The notes under the pieces: generated by a model
What the model was told of the DNA's origin: nothing
Seen by the model: only the letters and a program-made list of their open reading frames with translations
Database searches by the model: none
IMG/VR virus record: IMGVR_UViG_3300027969_002881
Location: 1-64,000 of that record
Direction: 5' to 3' (one strand)
DNA from: a virus
DNA length: 64,000 nucleotides
In this document: positions 1 to 9,676 of the stretch, piece by piece
How positions within the stretch are numbered: position 1 is the first letter of the stretch
Layout: every line of letters starts with the position of its first letter
Translations under genes and position numbers: made by a program

Positions 1-2582
1 AAGAAGATTTCCGTGATAATTTCTATAGAGATGCTGACATGGAAAGCGAATGGCTTGAAAGTGCTGATATCAATACCATGCAGGATGTCGAAGTTAAGTA
101 CAATATGACTTGGCCTCATTACTCTACCCCAGAAAGAGAAACAGGCGGAGTTAGTATAGAAGATGCCGCAGATAGTTTTAGTCGTGCTATTGGACGTGAA
201 GTGCAGGCCAGCAACAACTATCACAGCCGTAGTGTAACTAGGCCAGATGCTAATAATCTACACTATGTTGTAGAGCCGGATGGCAGTTTAGAAGCAGACG
301 AAGACGAAGACGGAGGTTTAGAGTTTGTTAGTCCAGCATTGCCTATTAATGAACTGTTAGACGACTTGAAAAAAGTTAAAGCATGGGCAGACAAAACTGG
401 TTGCTATACCAATGACAGCACCGGCTTACATATTAATGTCAGCGTTCCCAACTGGAAGGGCGACATGGCTCAGTTAGACTATGTTAAACTTGCTGTTCTA
501 ATGGGTGATGAATATGTGCTCAATGAATTTGGTCGTGCTGGTAATACCTATGCTAAGAGTGCCCTTATAATGGTTAAAGAACACATTGCTCAACGTCCTG
601 AAGATACAAAAGCATTGCTAGACAAAATGCGCGAACATTTAAACACCAGTGCTGCCAAAGCAATTCACAGCGGTAGCACCTCAAAGTATACAAGTATTAA
701 TACTAAAACAGGCTACATAGAATTCCGCAGTCCGGGTGGCGATTGGTTAAATGAAAACTTTGACAAGATTGAAAATACACTATATCGTTTTGTTGTTGCC
801 TTAGATGCCGCAGTAGACGAAACAAAATACAAACAAGAATACGCTAAAAAGCTTTATAAGTTATTAACAGGCAATGACAAAGATGCTACAAATACCATGG
901 CTTACTTTGCTAGATATGCGGCAGGTGAATTACCTCAGAGTGCATTAAAGAGTTTTATTAAACAAGCACAGTTTGAACGTAAGGCAGGTAAAGAACCCAA
1001 TGGTAAGAAAATGTGGTATAGGGTTGACAAAGAAGGACGTGGAAAATCTGGTGCCAGCGTTGAAGTTGTTGCTACATCAAAAGAAGAAGCATTACAAAAA
1101 GCAGCCAGTGAATGGAGCTTGAAATTAAGTGCATTAGGTGCTGCCGCTGTTTATCCTGTTCGCCCATTTGATAACAACGCAGACAACTGGGAAGTATATA
1201 ACGACCGTACTGGTGAAGTTGTTGGAACATTTAAAAGTGTAGATCCTGATGGAACATCGGATAACTATGACGCAACTGGTGATGATTATAGAAAATGGCG
1301 TTATCAAAATGGCATTAGTAATACGGAACCAAGAAGCTTTAGTCGTCGTCCTCGATTTGACAAGAACCGTTATGAATTGTTTAACTTAGATAGAAATAAA
1401 AGGTTAGATGAACCAGTTCCTGTAAGTGCTACTACAGATGAACAAGCATTGACTTTCTTAGATGATTATATTAATCACGGACCACACGGATTACAGCCAT
1501 TCCAAGCAAAACGTATGTTTGGTATAAGACGTTGGGGCGATAGTAATGCTGAACCTATACTAGCAACTCCAATTCGTGCCACGAGTGGTGAGCCACAACC
1601 TGCTGGTAGCGTAGGCCGTGCCGCTACAAGTCCAACAGAACAATGGAAAATTATTGATGGCTTAGGTCGCGAATTATATCGTTTCCGTCCTGCAGAAAAT
1701 ACAAGAGCAAGAGCCAATGTATTGGCAGCATCATGGATAAGCACAAATAACTTCAACGGTAACTATCAAGTCGAGCCAGTAGGAGAAAATGATCCAGCAC
1801 CACAACAGCAACCACAATCTCCGTCGAGTCTTGGCGCTAGAACAGATAGACCTTTTGTTTGGAAGGTTCAAGGCACTAATTCTGGATATCAAAGAACAGG
1901 CGTAGAAGTTATTGCTTCTAGTGAGTTCGAAGCAAAACAAAAAGCTAGACAACAATGGAATTTAAACACAAGTGGACAGTCTGAAGAAGAATACTTTAGA
2001 AATAATGGTTGGATTGCTACTCCTGTTCGTCCTGCACCGCCAAGACCTATTCCCGGCGTCACTGACATTGAGCCTGATATAGAACAAAACTTTACATCTG
2101 CGCCTGGTAGCACAACAGCATTGCCTAGTCGACTCATGTCACCTTTTGTTTGGAGGGTTTTCGGATCAAATGATTCTCCGCATCAAAGACAGGGTGCAGA
2201 AGTTGTTGCTTTTGATGAATTTGAAGCGATGCAACAAGTTAGGCGTGAATGGAATTTAAACACAAATGGGGCAACTGAAGCAGAGTTTTTTAGAGCTAAT
2301 GGATGGCGTGCAACTCCGCATCGTCCTGCTACTTCAGGAAGGCCTGGCGCTGTAAGACCTATACCCGGCAGCACTACAGACTTACAGCGACAACGTGCCG
2401 CTGGAGGCTTTACAGGTGCTTGGAAAATATTAGATACAGACACTGGCCGAGAATTATATAGATTCAGTGGAATTGGTAATTCACAGGCAGATGCTAATAG
2501 AGTTGCCGCAGACTGGCTAAGACAAAATGCTCCAGAAGATTCAGATATGACACAAATTGAAGTTGTGCCTATAATGAGATAA
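1..2582 (+). CDS. Putative amidoligase (COOH-NH2 ligase type 2 / Amidoligase_2-like) with repeated C-terminal modules; 5' end truncated by window edge
   Basis: The frame is open from the window start (EDFRDNFYRDADM...). Motifs EPDGSL, LEFVSP, YTNDSTGLHINVS and IEFRSPGG match the glutamine-synthetase-like amidoligase pattern. Confidence 0.7.
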   Translation, partial: EDFRDNFYRDADMESEWLESADINTMQDVEVKYNMTWPHYSTPERETGGVSIEDAADSFSRAIGREVQASNNYHSRSVTRPDANNLHYVVEPDGSLEADEDEDGGLEFVSPALPINELLDDLKKVKAWADKTGCYTNDSTGLHINVSVPNWKGDMAQLDYVKLAVLMGDEYVLNEFGRAGNTYAKSALIMVKEHIAQRPEDTKALLDKMREHLNTSAAKAIHSGSTSKYTSINTKTGYIEFRSPGGDWLNENFDKIENTLYRFVVALDAAVDETKYKQEYAKKLYKLLTGNDKDATNTMAYFARYAAGELPQSALKSFIKQAQFERKAGKEPNGKKMWYRVDKEGRGKSGASVEVVATSKEEALQKAASEWSLKLSALGAAAVYPVRPFDNNADNWEVYNDRTGEVVGTFKSVDPDGTSDNYDATGDDYRKWRYQNGISNTEPRSFSRRPRFDKNRYELFNLDRNKRLDEPVPVSATTDEQALTFLDDYINHGPHGLQPFQAKRMFGIRRWGDSNAEPILATPIRATSGEPQPAGSVGRAATSPTEQWKIIDGLGRELYRFRPAENTRARANVLAASWISTNNFNGNYQVEPVGENDPAPQQQPQSPSSLGARTDRPFVWKVQGTNSGYQRTGVEVIASSEFEAKQKARQQWNLNTSGQSEEEYFRNNGWIATPVRPAPPRPIPGVTDIEPDIEQNFTSAPGSTTALPSRLMSPFVWRVFGSNDSPHQRQGAEVVAFDEFEAMQQVRREWNLNTNGATEAEFFRANGWRATPHRPATSGRPGAVRPIPGSTTDLQRQRAAGGFTGAWKILDTDTGRELYRFSGIGNSQADANRVAADWLRQNAPEDSDMTQIEVVPIMR

Positions 2583-2585
2583 TAT

Positions 2586-4490
2586 ATGAGATTACTTGAA
2601 TTAAAAGAACAAACAATAGACGAAGCTCCAATGAATCCTGCTGCCTTTGGGCAGGCTATTGCCACTGGGCAAGAAGCAGGAGTATTAGTTGGCTACGAAT
2701 TTGAAGTTTGTATTCCTGAAGAAACTGTCAACTCTAATACAAAGAAAAAAACAGTGGCCGGTGTTACTAAAAATACAGTTGCTCGAGACATTTTAGATAA
2801 CCAATTATTTGACTATTTAGATTTTTATACTCTGTCTATAGAGAATTTTGACAATACTTTTAAATTTAAACGACCCGTAAATGGTTTTAATTCTATAAAA
2901 GAAGTTTACAATACGCTGGCCGCCGAAAAGTTAACAAATATTAGATCTATATTCAATAAAATTCCAGAAGATGTTCGAGCAAAATATGTAAAACGTGTCA
3001 AACAACAAACAGATCAATGGACAGCCAGCGACACTGTGCCAGGTGAGTTTGGCAAGCAATTAGACTTTGCAATGAGATTGGGCAGGACTATAGCGGGAAC
3101 TACTCCTGTACATAGAACTGTGAGAGACCTAGCAAATAAAATGGCACAAGAAAGCAATATACAATGGGGAGAATTGATTGGTAGATTGTTGGGTATCGAA
3201 CAGGGACCAGGCGGTTACGGATATGACATATCAGAGGATTTTGGAAGAAAGTTTAATCAATTGTTTGATTATGATCCCGATGAAGCCCACAGTATATTGA
3301 ATTTAGATGGCGATGACGAATACGATGAATACGATGAATACGATGAAGATCCCAGTTACGCTGATGCTGCCGAAGTTTTAAAATATCACGTAGCACAAAC
3401 CATGGGTACCAAGGTCAATGTATTCACTTCATATCATGAGAGAAATAAAAACATGAGAGACTGGTATATTGAACCAGATGGTAGTTTACAAGCTGACGAT
3501 GACATGGACGCAACAGCTGAAATTGTTAGCCCGCCACTGCCCGCCGTAAAAGCCATTGAAGACTTACAAAAATTCTATGCCATGGCTGGACAACTTAAAC
3601 TATATACCAATGACAGCACAGGCTTACACATTAATGTCAGTATTCCATTAAAATTAGATATATTAAAATTGGCAGTTTTCTTAGGCGATCAGTATGTATT
3701 GAAATATTTTAATAGACAGGATAATAGTTATGCAAGTAGTGTTACTACAAGTTTAAATAGACACATACAAAGCGAACCTGAAACTAATTTTAGTATGAAG
3801 GCGCTTCAAGGAATAGTGGCAAATTATAGCGGATCACACACAGCAAGTATCAGTAATAATGGAAAATACATTAGCTTCAGACATGCCGGCGGTAATTATC
3901 TAGCTGACTATAACGGAATTTACAATACAGTAGGACGATTTGTTCGTGCTATGATCATTGCCACTGATCCAAATATGTATGCCAATGAATATAAAACAAA
4001 GTTAGCCAAGTTAATGAATCAGGATAAACCTGCCAGCAAAGACACACCTGCTAACAAATTGGTACAGTATGTTAGAACGCATGGCGTTCCTATTTTAACA
4101 GTTCATGTTGCAAATATGTCAAGAGCAAAGACTGCAGATTTAATTTCAAATCAATTTGGACAAGCATTTATAGTTGATTCTATAACTGCTAATCCAAATG
4201 CCAAACAAGAATTATTAAAAGCCGGCGGCGGCACAGGCGGGACCAGATATACAAATCAATTGATAGACAATTTGACACCTAATAAGTTTTTTACAGCAGT
4301 ACTAAGTCCAAACCCATCACGGTTTTCAAGATTTCTACAAGGGCAGCCTGCGCCAGGTATTCATAGTATAGAAAGTAGAAACTGGAACACCCAGGGATAT
4401 TATAGTTCAGTAAAAGGAAATCTTCCTCCCACTGATCCAAGAACACAGACATATATTAAAGCGTTACTAAAGATGCATTACAAAGGATAA
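2586..4490 (+). CDS. Second putative amidoligase paralogue with N-terminal head-targeting-like tag
   Basis: VGYEFE, EPDGSL, AEIVSP, YTNDSTGLHINVSIP and ISFRHAGG align with ORF1. Starts MRLLELKE...IDEA. Confidence 0.7.
   Translation: MRLLELKEQTIDEAPMNPAAFGQAIATGQEAGVLVGYEFEVCIPEETVNSNTKKKTVAGVTKNTVARDILDNQLFDYLDFYTLSIENFDNTFKFKRPVNGFNSIKEVYNTLAAEKLTNIRSIFNKIPEDVRAKYVKRVKQQTDQWTASDTVPGEFGKQLDFAMRLGRTIAGTTPVHRTVRDLANKMAQESNIQWGELIGRLLGIEQGPGGYGYDISEDFGRKFNQLFDYDPDEAHSILNLDGDDEYDEYDEYDEDPSYADAAEVLKYHVAQTMGTKVNVFTSYHERNKNMRDWYIEPDGSLQADDDMDATAEIVSPPLPAVKAIEDLQKFYAMAGQLKLYTNDSTGLHINVSIPLKLDILKLAVFLGDQYVLKYFNRQDNSYASSVTTSLNRHIQSEPETNFSMKALQGIVANYSGSHTASISNNGKYISFRHAGGNYLADYNGIYNTVGRFVRAMIIATDPNMYANEYKTKLAKLMNQDKPASKDTPANKLVQYVRTHGVPILTVHVANMSRAKTADLISNQFGQAFIVDSITANPNAKQELLKAGGGTGGTRYTNQLIDNLTPNKFFTAVLSPNPSRFSRFLQGQPAPGIHSIESRNWNTQGYYSSVKGNLPPTDPRTQTYIKALLKMHYKG
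3318..3344 (+). repeat. 9-bp tandem repeat (GAATACGAT)x3 encoding an acidic E-Y-D tract
   Basis: Three perfect in-frame copies read directly. Confidence 0.9.
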
Positions 4491-4494
4491 TGGA

Positions 4495-4698
4495 ATGAGA
4501 TTAAACGAATTTATAAACGAAAGCATTGACGATGGCAGAGCATATATCAAACGCTACACACGCAAACGTATTGACGGATCCACAGAAGTTCGTTATAATG
4601 TCATTGACGGTAATGGTGTTACTAAAAAAGCATTTGATGATTTAGAATACGCCAAAGGTTACCTTAGAGCTAACAGAGATTTGTTAGACAAGATTTAA
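4495..4698 (+). CDS. Small hypothetical protein, probable head-internal protein
   Basis: 67 aa, starts MRLNEFINES. Confidence 0.7.
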   Translation: MRLNEFINESIDDGRAYIKRYTRKRIDGSTEVRYNVIDGNGVTKKAFDDLEYAKGYLRANRDLLDKI

Positions 4699-4702
4699 TT
4701 GA

Positions 4703-4710
4703 AATAAATA
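4703..4710 (+). promoter_or_regulatory. T4-like late promoter candidate (AATAAATA)
   Basis: TAAATA core in the short intergenic gap, 8 nt before the ATG. Confidence 0.5.
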
Positions 4711-4717
4711 TAACACT

Positions 4718-5824
4718 ATGAGATTACTAGAAATTAAACAGGCCATAACTGAAGGCGGCAAAAGCGGTGGCATTCGCTACAACAGCGAAGTGGGCTTGCT
4801 TTACGGCCTAGTGGGTAAAGGTCCGTTTGACCCTAAGAATCCTGAACTGTCTATTCCTGCCAGTATCTTAATGAATCCTGAACAGACATACAAAGATATT
4901 AAAAGCCTGTTAGCACCCAACTATGATGAAGCTACGTTTGATGCTTGGGCAGGCAAAGGCTCAATGGTACGTGAAAAGATTGTGGCTAAACAAGGAGCCG
5001 AGCCTACCAAGCTTGGCTGGGCAGGCGGACAAAATATTGCCGCCGGCGTTACTGACGTTGAGTTCGAAAGTGGTAAGACGGCTGGTATTAGTATCAAAGC
5101 TGAAGGCGGTATTACCTTGGCCAATTTAACTCCAAAGGCCCTGGGTATTGAAACAAGTCGCGGCATTGACGTGTTTGCCATGCACGCTGGCCAAGAGTAC
5201 AATGATATGAAGACCAAAGTCTTTACTGATGTACTAAAAGCCGCACAAGATACACCCGGTACGCAACTGATTCCATTAAATCGTTATGGCATTACCTATG
5301 ATGACAAGTCTACCAAATACACTATCAACTTGAAAGGCGACAAAAATGTTACCATGACAGCACAACAGATAATGGGTGCCATTAGTAAAAACTCACAATG
5401 GCAGCGTGTATTCGGCGATTGGTTCCAAGCTAACTGGACCACTAAGAAAAGCTATGCTACTCCTTTGTACTCTAAGATTGCTAAAGTTTTTGAAGTTACC
5501 ATAGAGCAAACACTAAACAAGTCTGGCAAGCTAGCCAGTATACTGCGCTTTGGAACAAAGCCTTACTACTACCTAAGTGCCAAAGGGTTGTACTATGTGC
5601 CAGCACAAGATGAAGTAGCTGACATTAAATTAAAAGGTTTGAAATACGCACAACCAGACGGTACCAGTCAGCGATTCATTGCTGTGATTGGGCGCCCTGA
5701 TAGCGAAGATAATGCTGAACTAGATATCTATGTACGCTATGCCAATGGCATGTTCGAAAGCAATCCAACTGTGCGTGTACAAAGTTTAAAGAATCCACAG
5801 TTCATTGGATGGGAACTACTTTAA
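4718..5824 (+). CDS. Hypothetical protein, possible PD-(D/E)xK-like nuclease, with head-targeting-like tag
   Basis: Contains TDVEFESGKTAGISIK, resembling the D...(I/V)S(I/L)K restriction-endonuclease-like motif. Starts MRLLEIKQAITEG. Confidence 0.45.
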   Translation: MRLLEIKQAITEGGKSGGIRYNSEVGLLYGLVGKGPFDPKNPELSIPASILMNPEQTYKDIKSLLAPNYDEATFDAWAGKGSMVREKIVAKQGAEPTKLGWAGGQNIAAGVTDVEFESGKTAGISIKAEGGITLANLTPKALGIETSRGIDVFAMHAGQEYNDMKTKVFTDVLKAAQDTPGTQLIPLNRYGITYDDKSTKYTINLKGDKNVTMTAQQIMGAISKNSQWQRVFGDWFQANWTTKKSYATPLYSKIAKVFEVTIEQTLNKSGKLASILRFGTKPYYYLSAKGLYYVPAQDEVADIKLKGLKYAQPDGTSQRFIAVIGRPDSEDNAELDIYVRYANGMFESNPTVRVQSLKNPQFIGWELL

Positions 5825-5847
5825 TTAAAATAAATCGAAACAAATTC

Positions 5848-5855
5848 GATAAATA
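5848..5855 (+). promoter_or_regulatory. T4-like late promoter candidate (GATAAATA)
   Basis: Intergenic, immediately upstream of ATG 5861. Confidence 0.55.
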
Positions 5856-5860
5856 AACTT

Positions 5861-6079
5861 ATGAAGATTCGAGAACTAACAGAAGATGCCAGTGACATGG
5901 GTTCAGGTAGCGTAGCTACAGTTTCCATGCCATTTATGCGAATGCACCGCAGAAGAAAAACAAGAAGTATGCGTAAAGAATCAGGTACTGAAATACTACG
6001 CAGAATACCATATGCAAATATTGCTGAAGAATTAGCATTAGCATTAGAAAAAAAATGGACAGGAAAAAAGGATTTATAA
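5861..6079 (+). CDS. Small hypothetical protein, probable head-internal protein
   Basis: Starts MKIRELTEDA; stop overlaps the next start (TAATG). Confidence 0.6.
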   Translation: MKIRELTEDASDMGSGSVATVSMPFMRMHRRRKTRSMRKESGTEILRRIPYANIAEELALALEKKWTGKKDL

Positions 6080-6705
6080 TGGATAAAGCAAAAGCCCGCA
6101 AAATGTATGAACTTGCAACTCGTTTGAGCAACGTTAATGCCAGCGAACTAACTGAACAACAACTCGGTGAACGCAATTTAATGATTACACGACTACAAGA
6201 AGAAATGAATAAACTACGCGAAGCTGGGTTGACTCCTTCAGTTAGCGACCCAGCTGACAATGGTCCAACCCAAGGCACACATTATAATGTTAACAAGCTA
6301 GGTGGTGAAATTGGTGTTGATCCTAGAGTTTTAAGAATAGCTATTCAGCGTAGTATGACTGGTAATCCAACTAGACAAGATACACTAACACTAGCTGATG
6401 CATTTTTAGGTATTTTGAAAAACGGCGATGACCAAACTATTCAAAATATTGCTAACATTATCAAATCTGGTAATCCTAGAAAAGAAATTCCGCAAGAAAG
6501 CACAGCGGCAATCGCAGAACGTAATGCCTTTGTTGATGCTATGCGTCAAGTTAAAAAAGGTGAGAAGTTTACAGTAGGCGGTAAAGAATTTACCAAAACA
6601 ACCAGCCATGGTATAGGTGGCAAGGAAGAAGTAAAAGAAGAAATAAACACAGAAGCTTATGATAGACTACGAAAAGTTTTTGACTTCAGCAATTATAAGG
6701 GTTAA
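6079..6705 (+). CDS. Hypothetical protein
   Basis: Start more likely at ATG 6079 (TAATG coupling) than at 6055. Confidence 0.65.
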   Translation: MDKAKARKMYELATRLSNVNASELTEQQLGERNLMITRLQEEMNKLREAGLTPSVSDPADNGPTQGTHYNVNKLGGEIGVDPRVLRIAIQRSMTGNPTRQDTLTLADAFLGILKNGDDQTIQNIANIIKSGNPRKEIPQESTAAIAERNAFVDAMRQVKKGEKFTVGGKEFTKTTSHGIGGKEEVKEEINTEAYDRLRKVFDFSNYKG

Positions 6706-6708
6706 ACC

Positions 6709-7956
6709 ATGAATTTATTTGAACTATTTGAAAGTCCAGTTATTGCTGGTGCAAACAATTTAAAAGCCATTGCCAATGCGGCAACTACCAGCACCAGTGC
6801 TACTATTACACTTGGTGGTGAGCCAATTACATTAGAGCATCCAGAAGCTACATTTGTATACGGTTTGTACAAAAAATCACTACAGAATGGTCGCCAGGAA
6901 CAATTCATGCAAATGCTGGCCGATCCAAGATCATTTGATCAATTAATGGCTGGTATGCGTAATATGATGAACAGAGATCGTGGTCCAGAAATGGCACAAG
7001 CGGCTGCTCAACGTATTGGTCAACCTGGCGTACAAGAAGGCATGCCAATTGCTGAAGCAGTCCCAGAACAAAACGACACACTAGCGCACATTGTCAAACG
7101 TTTCCCTAAGGAAGTTAAAGACTTTGCGGCAGGTCATGAACTAAGTGATGAATTATATCACGCACTATATGACTACTATTTCCTACATGGTGAAATGCCA
7201 TATGGTACAGCAAAAGCTAGAGATGGTGATCCTTATGAATGGATTCATCAGCGTTTCGATCAAGATGTTCATGACTATATTACAGAGTCCATCACAGAAG
7301 GCAAGAAGAAAGTCACTGAACGCTATGATGATGAAGACGATGATTGGTATGGTTTCAACGACAAAACTCGTAAAGCCGCTACTGGTGGTACTGTAACTAA
7401 AACTAGTTCAGGTGTAGTTCACAAAGGCAAATACGGCAGCGAATATCAAGGCGATGACGGTGACGAAGAAGATTATGATGAGTGGGGCAACAAAAAGCCT
7501 GCGGCCAAGGCAGCGGCTAAAGTTGCAAAAGCTGATGCTAAGGCTGCAGCCACGCCTAGAGCCGCTGGCCGTCCAAGTTCGAGTGTTCAAACAACCGACG
7601 CTGGTGAAAAGATCACTGATTATAGACTATGGTATCATAAGTCTAAGAGATTACACCCAGAACGTAAAATTGTAGGTAGTGCAGAAAATGCTGTAGCAGT
7701 TATTCCAACTGGTGATAAATTTGCTATCATTGGTTCCTGGAATTCAGGTGCGGGTATGTTGGCACAAAAAGCAGGTAAGAAAATATCCGCTGTGCAATTA
7801 CAAGCGTATAAAAGCGCAAGGGGACGTCCTGCTCGTCGTGCTGAAAGTGCTATGATGCCAAAGGGTCGTGGTCGTCCAGTGCGTGAGTTTATCGAACAAC
7901 TACGTTGTATCGCAGAAGGATACAAAACTAGAGAAGAGATAAGGTCAGTTCTATGA
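6709..7956 (+). CDS. Modular hypothetical protein, probable head-internal protein
   Basis: Starts MNLFELFES; several internal (V/I)xE-(G/A/S) sites separate distinct segments. Confidence 0.65.
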   Translation: MNLFELFESPVIAGANNLKAIANAATTSTSATITLGGEPITLEHPEATFVYGLYKKSLQNGRQEQFMQMLADPRSFDQLMAGMRNMMNRDRGPEMAQAAAQRIGQPGVQEGMPIAEAVPEQNDTLAHIVKRFPKEVKDFAAGHELSDELYHALYDYYFLHGEMPYGTAKARDGDPYEWIHQRFDQDVHDYITESITEGKKKVTERYDDEDDDWYGFNDKTRKAATGGTVTKTSSGVVHKGKYGSEYQGDDGDEEDYDEWGNKKPAAKAAAKVAKADAKAAATPRAAGRPSSSVQTTDAGEKITDYRLWYHKSKRLHPERKIVGSAENAVAVIPTGDKFAIIGSWNSGAGMLAQKAGKKISAVQLQAYKSARGRPARRAESAMMPKGRGRPVREFIEQLRCIAEGYKTREEIRSVL

Positions 7957-8564
7957 GATTATTTGAATTCGCACAAGAACACAGTTTAACTGAAAGCGAT
8001 AGCCCTGTAGCCAGTGCTATTACTCGTAGAATTTTATTACAACGCACAGACTTATTAAGTAAGTATGGTCCTGAAAAAGTTATGGCTGCAATCGATGATG
8101 TAGCGGACTTTGTAGGTGACACTGAAGAAATTGGTAGCAGTGACGTTAGCGGCTGGATCAAACAAGTTGAACAGTCATTGGCTGATATGACTGGTGAAGG
8201 TGTGGTAGAGGCCGGCGGTAGATATGGTAGCAATAATCCAGACACTATGAGTCCTAACAATTATGATCGTTATCAACAAGATCAAATGGATCAAGGCAAG
8301 CGTGATTTCAAACGTCAAGAACATGATGCTGAGTGGGAACAAGAAAAAGCTCACAGCGCGAATTTATCCGCACGTGATGCAGGTACTTGGTATATTCGCT
8401 TAAACGGTAAACTCATTAGAGACAAACAAGGCAATCCTTATTCATTCCGTGGAAAGGCTGCCGCAAATAAAGCCGCACTAACAATGCAGGCCAAACTGTT
8501 TAATCAGGGTAAAGAGTTTATGTTGACTACTAACCCCAACGATAAGCAACAAGGCATGGAGTAA
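7953..8564 (+). CDS. Modular hypothetical protein, probable head-internal protein
   Basis: Starts MRLFEFAQEHSLTES; internal GVVEAG. Confidence 0.65.
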   Translation: MRLFEFAQEHSLTESDSPVASAITRRILLQRTDLLSKYGPEKVMAAIDDVADFVGDTEEIGSSDVSGWIKQVEQSLADMTGEGVVEAGGRYGSNNPDTMSPNNYDRYQQDQMDQGKRDFKRQEHDAEWEQEKAHSANLSARDAGTWYIRLNGKLIRDKQGNPYSFRGKAAANKAALTMQAKLFNQGKEFMLTTNPNDKQQGME

Positions 8565-8569
8565 TACCA

Positions 8570-9256
8570 ATGAGATTACATCAACTTACTGAATCAAAAC
8601 AAAATGTAGCGGAAAGCGCCGAAGATCGAACAAGTTATCAGGTTGCCAAAATATTATCCGACAAAGGTATTAAGTACGAACGTGGCGGCGAAAACGAATT
8701 AATCAATACAATCGGTATGGTCCTTGTTAAAGAATTAAACATGAGTCCAAAACAAGCTCGTGGATTGATTAGCTATGATGAAGATTTTATCAGCGACACA
8801 ATGAGCGAATTACAGCATATGAGCCGGGGTGTGAAAGAAGAATTCAACGGTGAATACGATGATGAAGCAGGCATGGCTAAAAGTAATCTACGTACAATGG
8901 CTCGTGCTGTAAACGGTTTACTAGATACTATAGAAGACAATGACAACTTGCCAGAATGGGCACAGGAAAAACTTGCTAAAGCAGAAATGATGACAACTAG
9001 TGTTTGGGATTATTTACTAAGTCAAAAAGAACAAGGCATGGATCCTAAAGTAACAGAGGCCGATGCGCCACGATTTGATCCACTTGTTGCTAAAATAGCA
9101 GCCAAAATGAAAGGCCCAACAGAAAATGATGCTATAGCCGCATTAATAACTGTACTCGGCACTAGCGCATATAATGAACGCCCTGGTTTTTATAGGTTAT
9201 GGCTCGGCCAAGCGATTGACAAGTATAGTAAAGAAGGTATGGCGGCCGGCAAATGA
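8570..9256 (+). CDS. Modular hypothetical protein, probable head-internal protein
   Basis: Starts MRLHQLTES; internal VAES, VKEE and VTEA. Confidence 0.65.
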   Translation: MRLHQLTESKQNVAESAEDRTSYQVAKILSDKGIKYERGGENELINTIGMVLVKELNMSPKQARGLISYDEDFISDTMSELQHMSRGVKEEFNGEYDDEAGMAKSNLRTMARAVNGLLDTIEDNDNLPEWAQEKLAKAEMMTTSVWDYLLSQKEQGMDPKVTEADAPRFDPLVAKIAAKMKGPTENDAIAALITVLGTSAYNERPGFYRLWLGQAIDKYSKEGMAAGK

Positions 9257-9675
9257 GATTACACGAGCTTACTGAATCAATCCAAGACTTAGATTCTCAA
9301 TTTGATATCATTGAATCTTGGGTAGAACAACTTGCCGAACAACATGGTGTTGATGCTGATGTAATTTGGGAAGACTTTGAAGAACTAGGTGATAATGACT
9401 TACTAAACGAAGCTGCCGCTTGGCAAAAGAAATCAGGTAAAAACAAGAACGGTGGTTTAAATGCCAAAGGTGTTGCCTCTTATCGTAGAGAGAATCCTGG
9501 CAGTAAATTACAAACAGCAGTTACTACTAAACCTAGTAAACTTAAAAAAGGCAGCAAAGCAGCCAAACGCCGCAAATCATTCTGTGCTAGAATGGGCGGC
9601 ATGAAAGGTCCAATGAAGGGCGATAATGGCAAGCCAACTCGTAAAGCATTGGCTTTAAGAAAGTGGAATTGCTAA
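9253..9675 (+). CDS. Probable head-internal protein: acidic N-module plus basic C-module (GGLNAKG...RRKSFCARM...RKWNC)
   Basis: Starts MRLHELTES. The basic C-terminal module resembles one I recall as widespread in T4-like phages. Confidence 0.65.
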   Translation: MRLHELTESIQDLDSQFDIIESWVEQLAEQHGVDADVIWEDFEELGDNDLLNEAAAWQKKSGKNKNGGLNAKGVASYRRENPGSKLQTAVTTKPSKLKKGSKAAKRRKSFCARMGGMKGPMKGDNGKPTRKALALRKWNC

Positions 9676-9676
9676 A

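Noticed and set aside
3318-3344. 9-bp tandem repeat as a contingency locus
   Set aside because: In-frame (multiple of 3) and only lengthens an acidic linker; no phase-variation effect.
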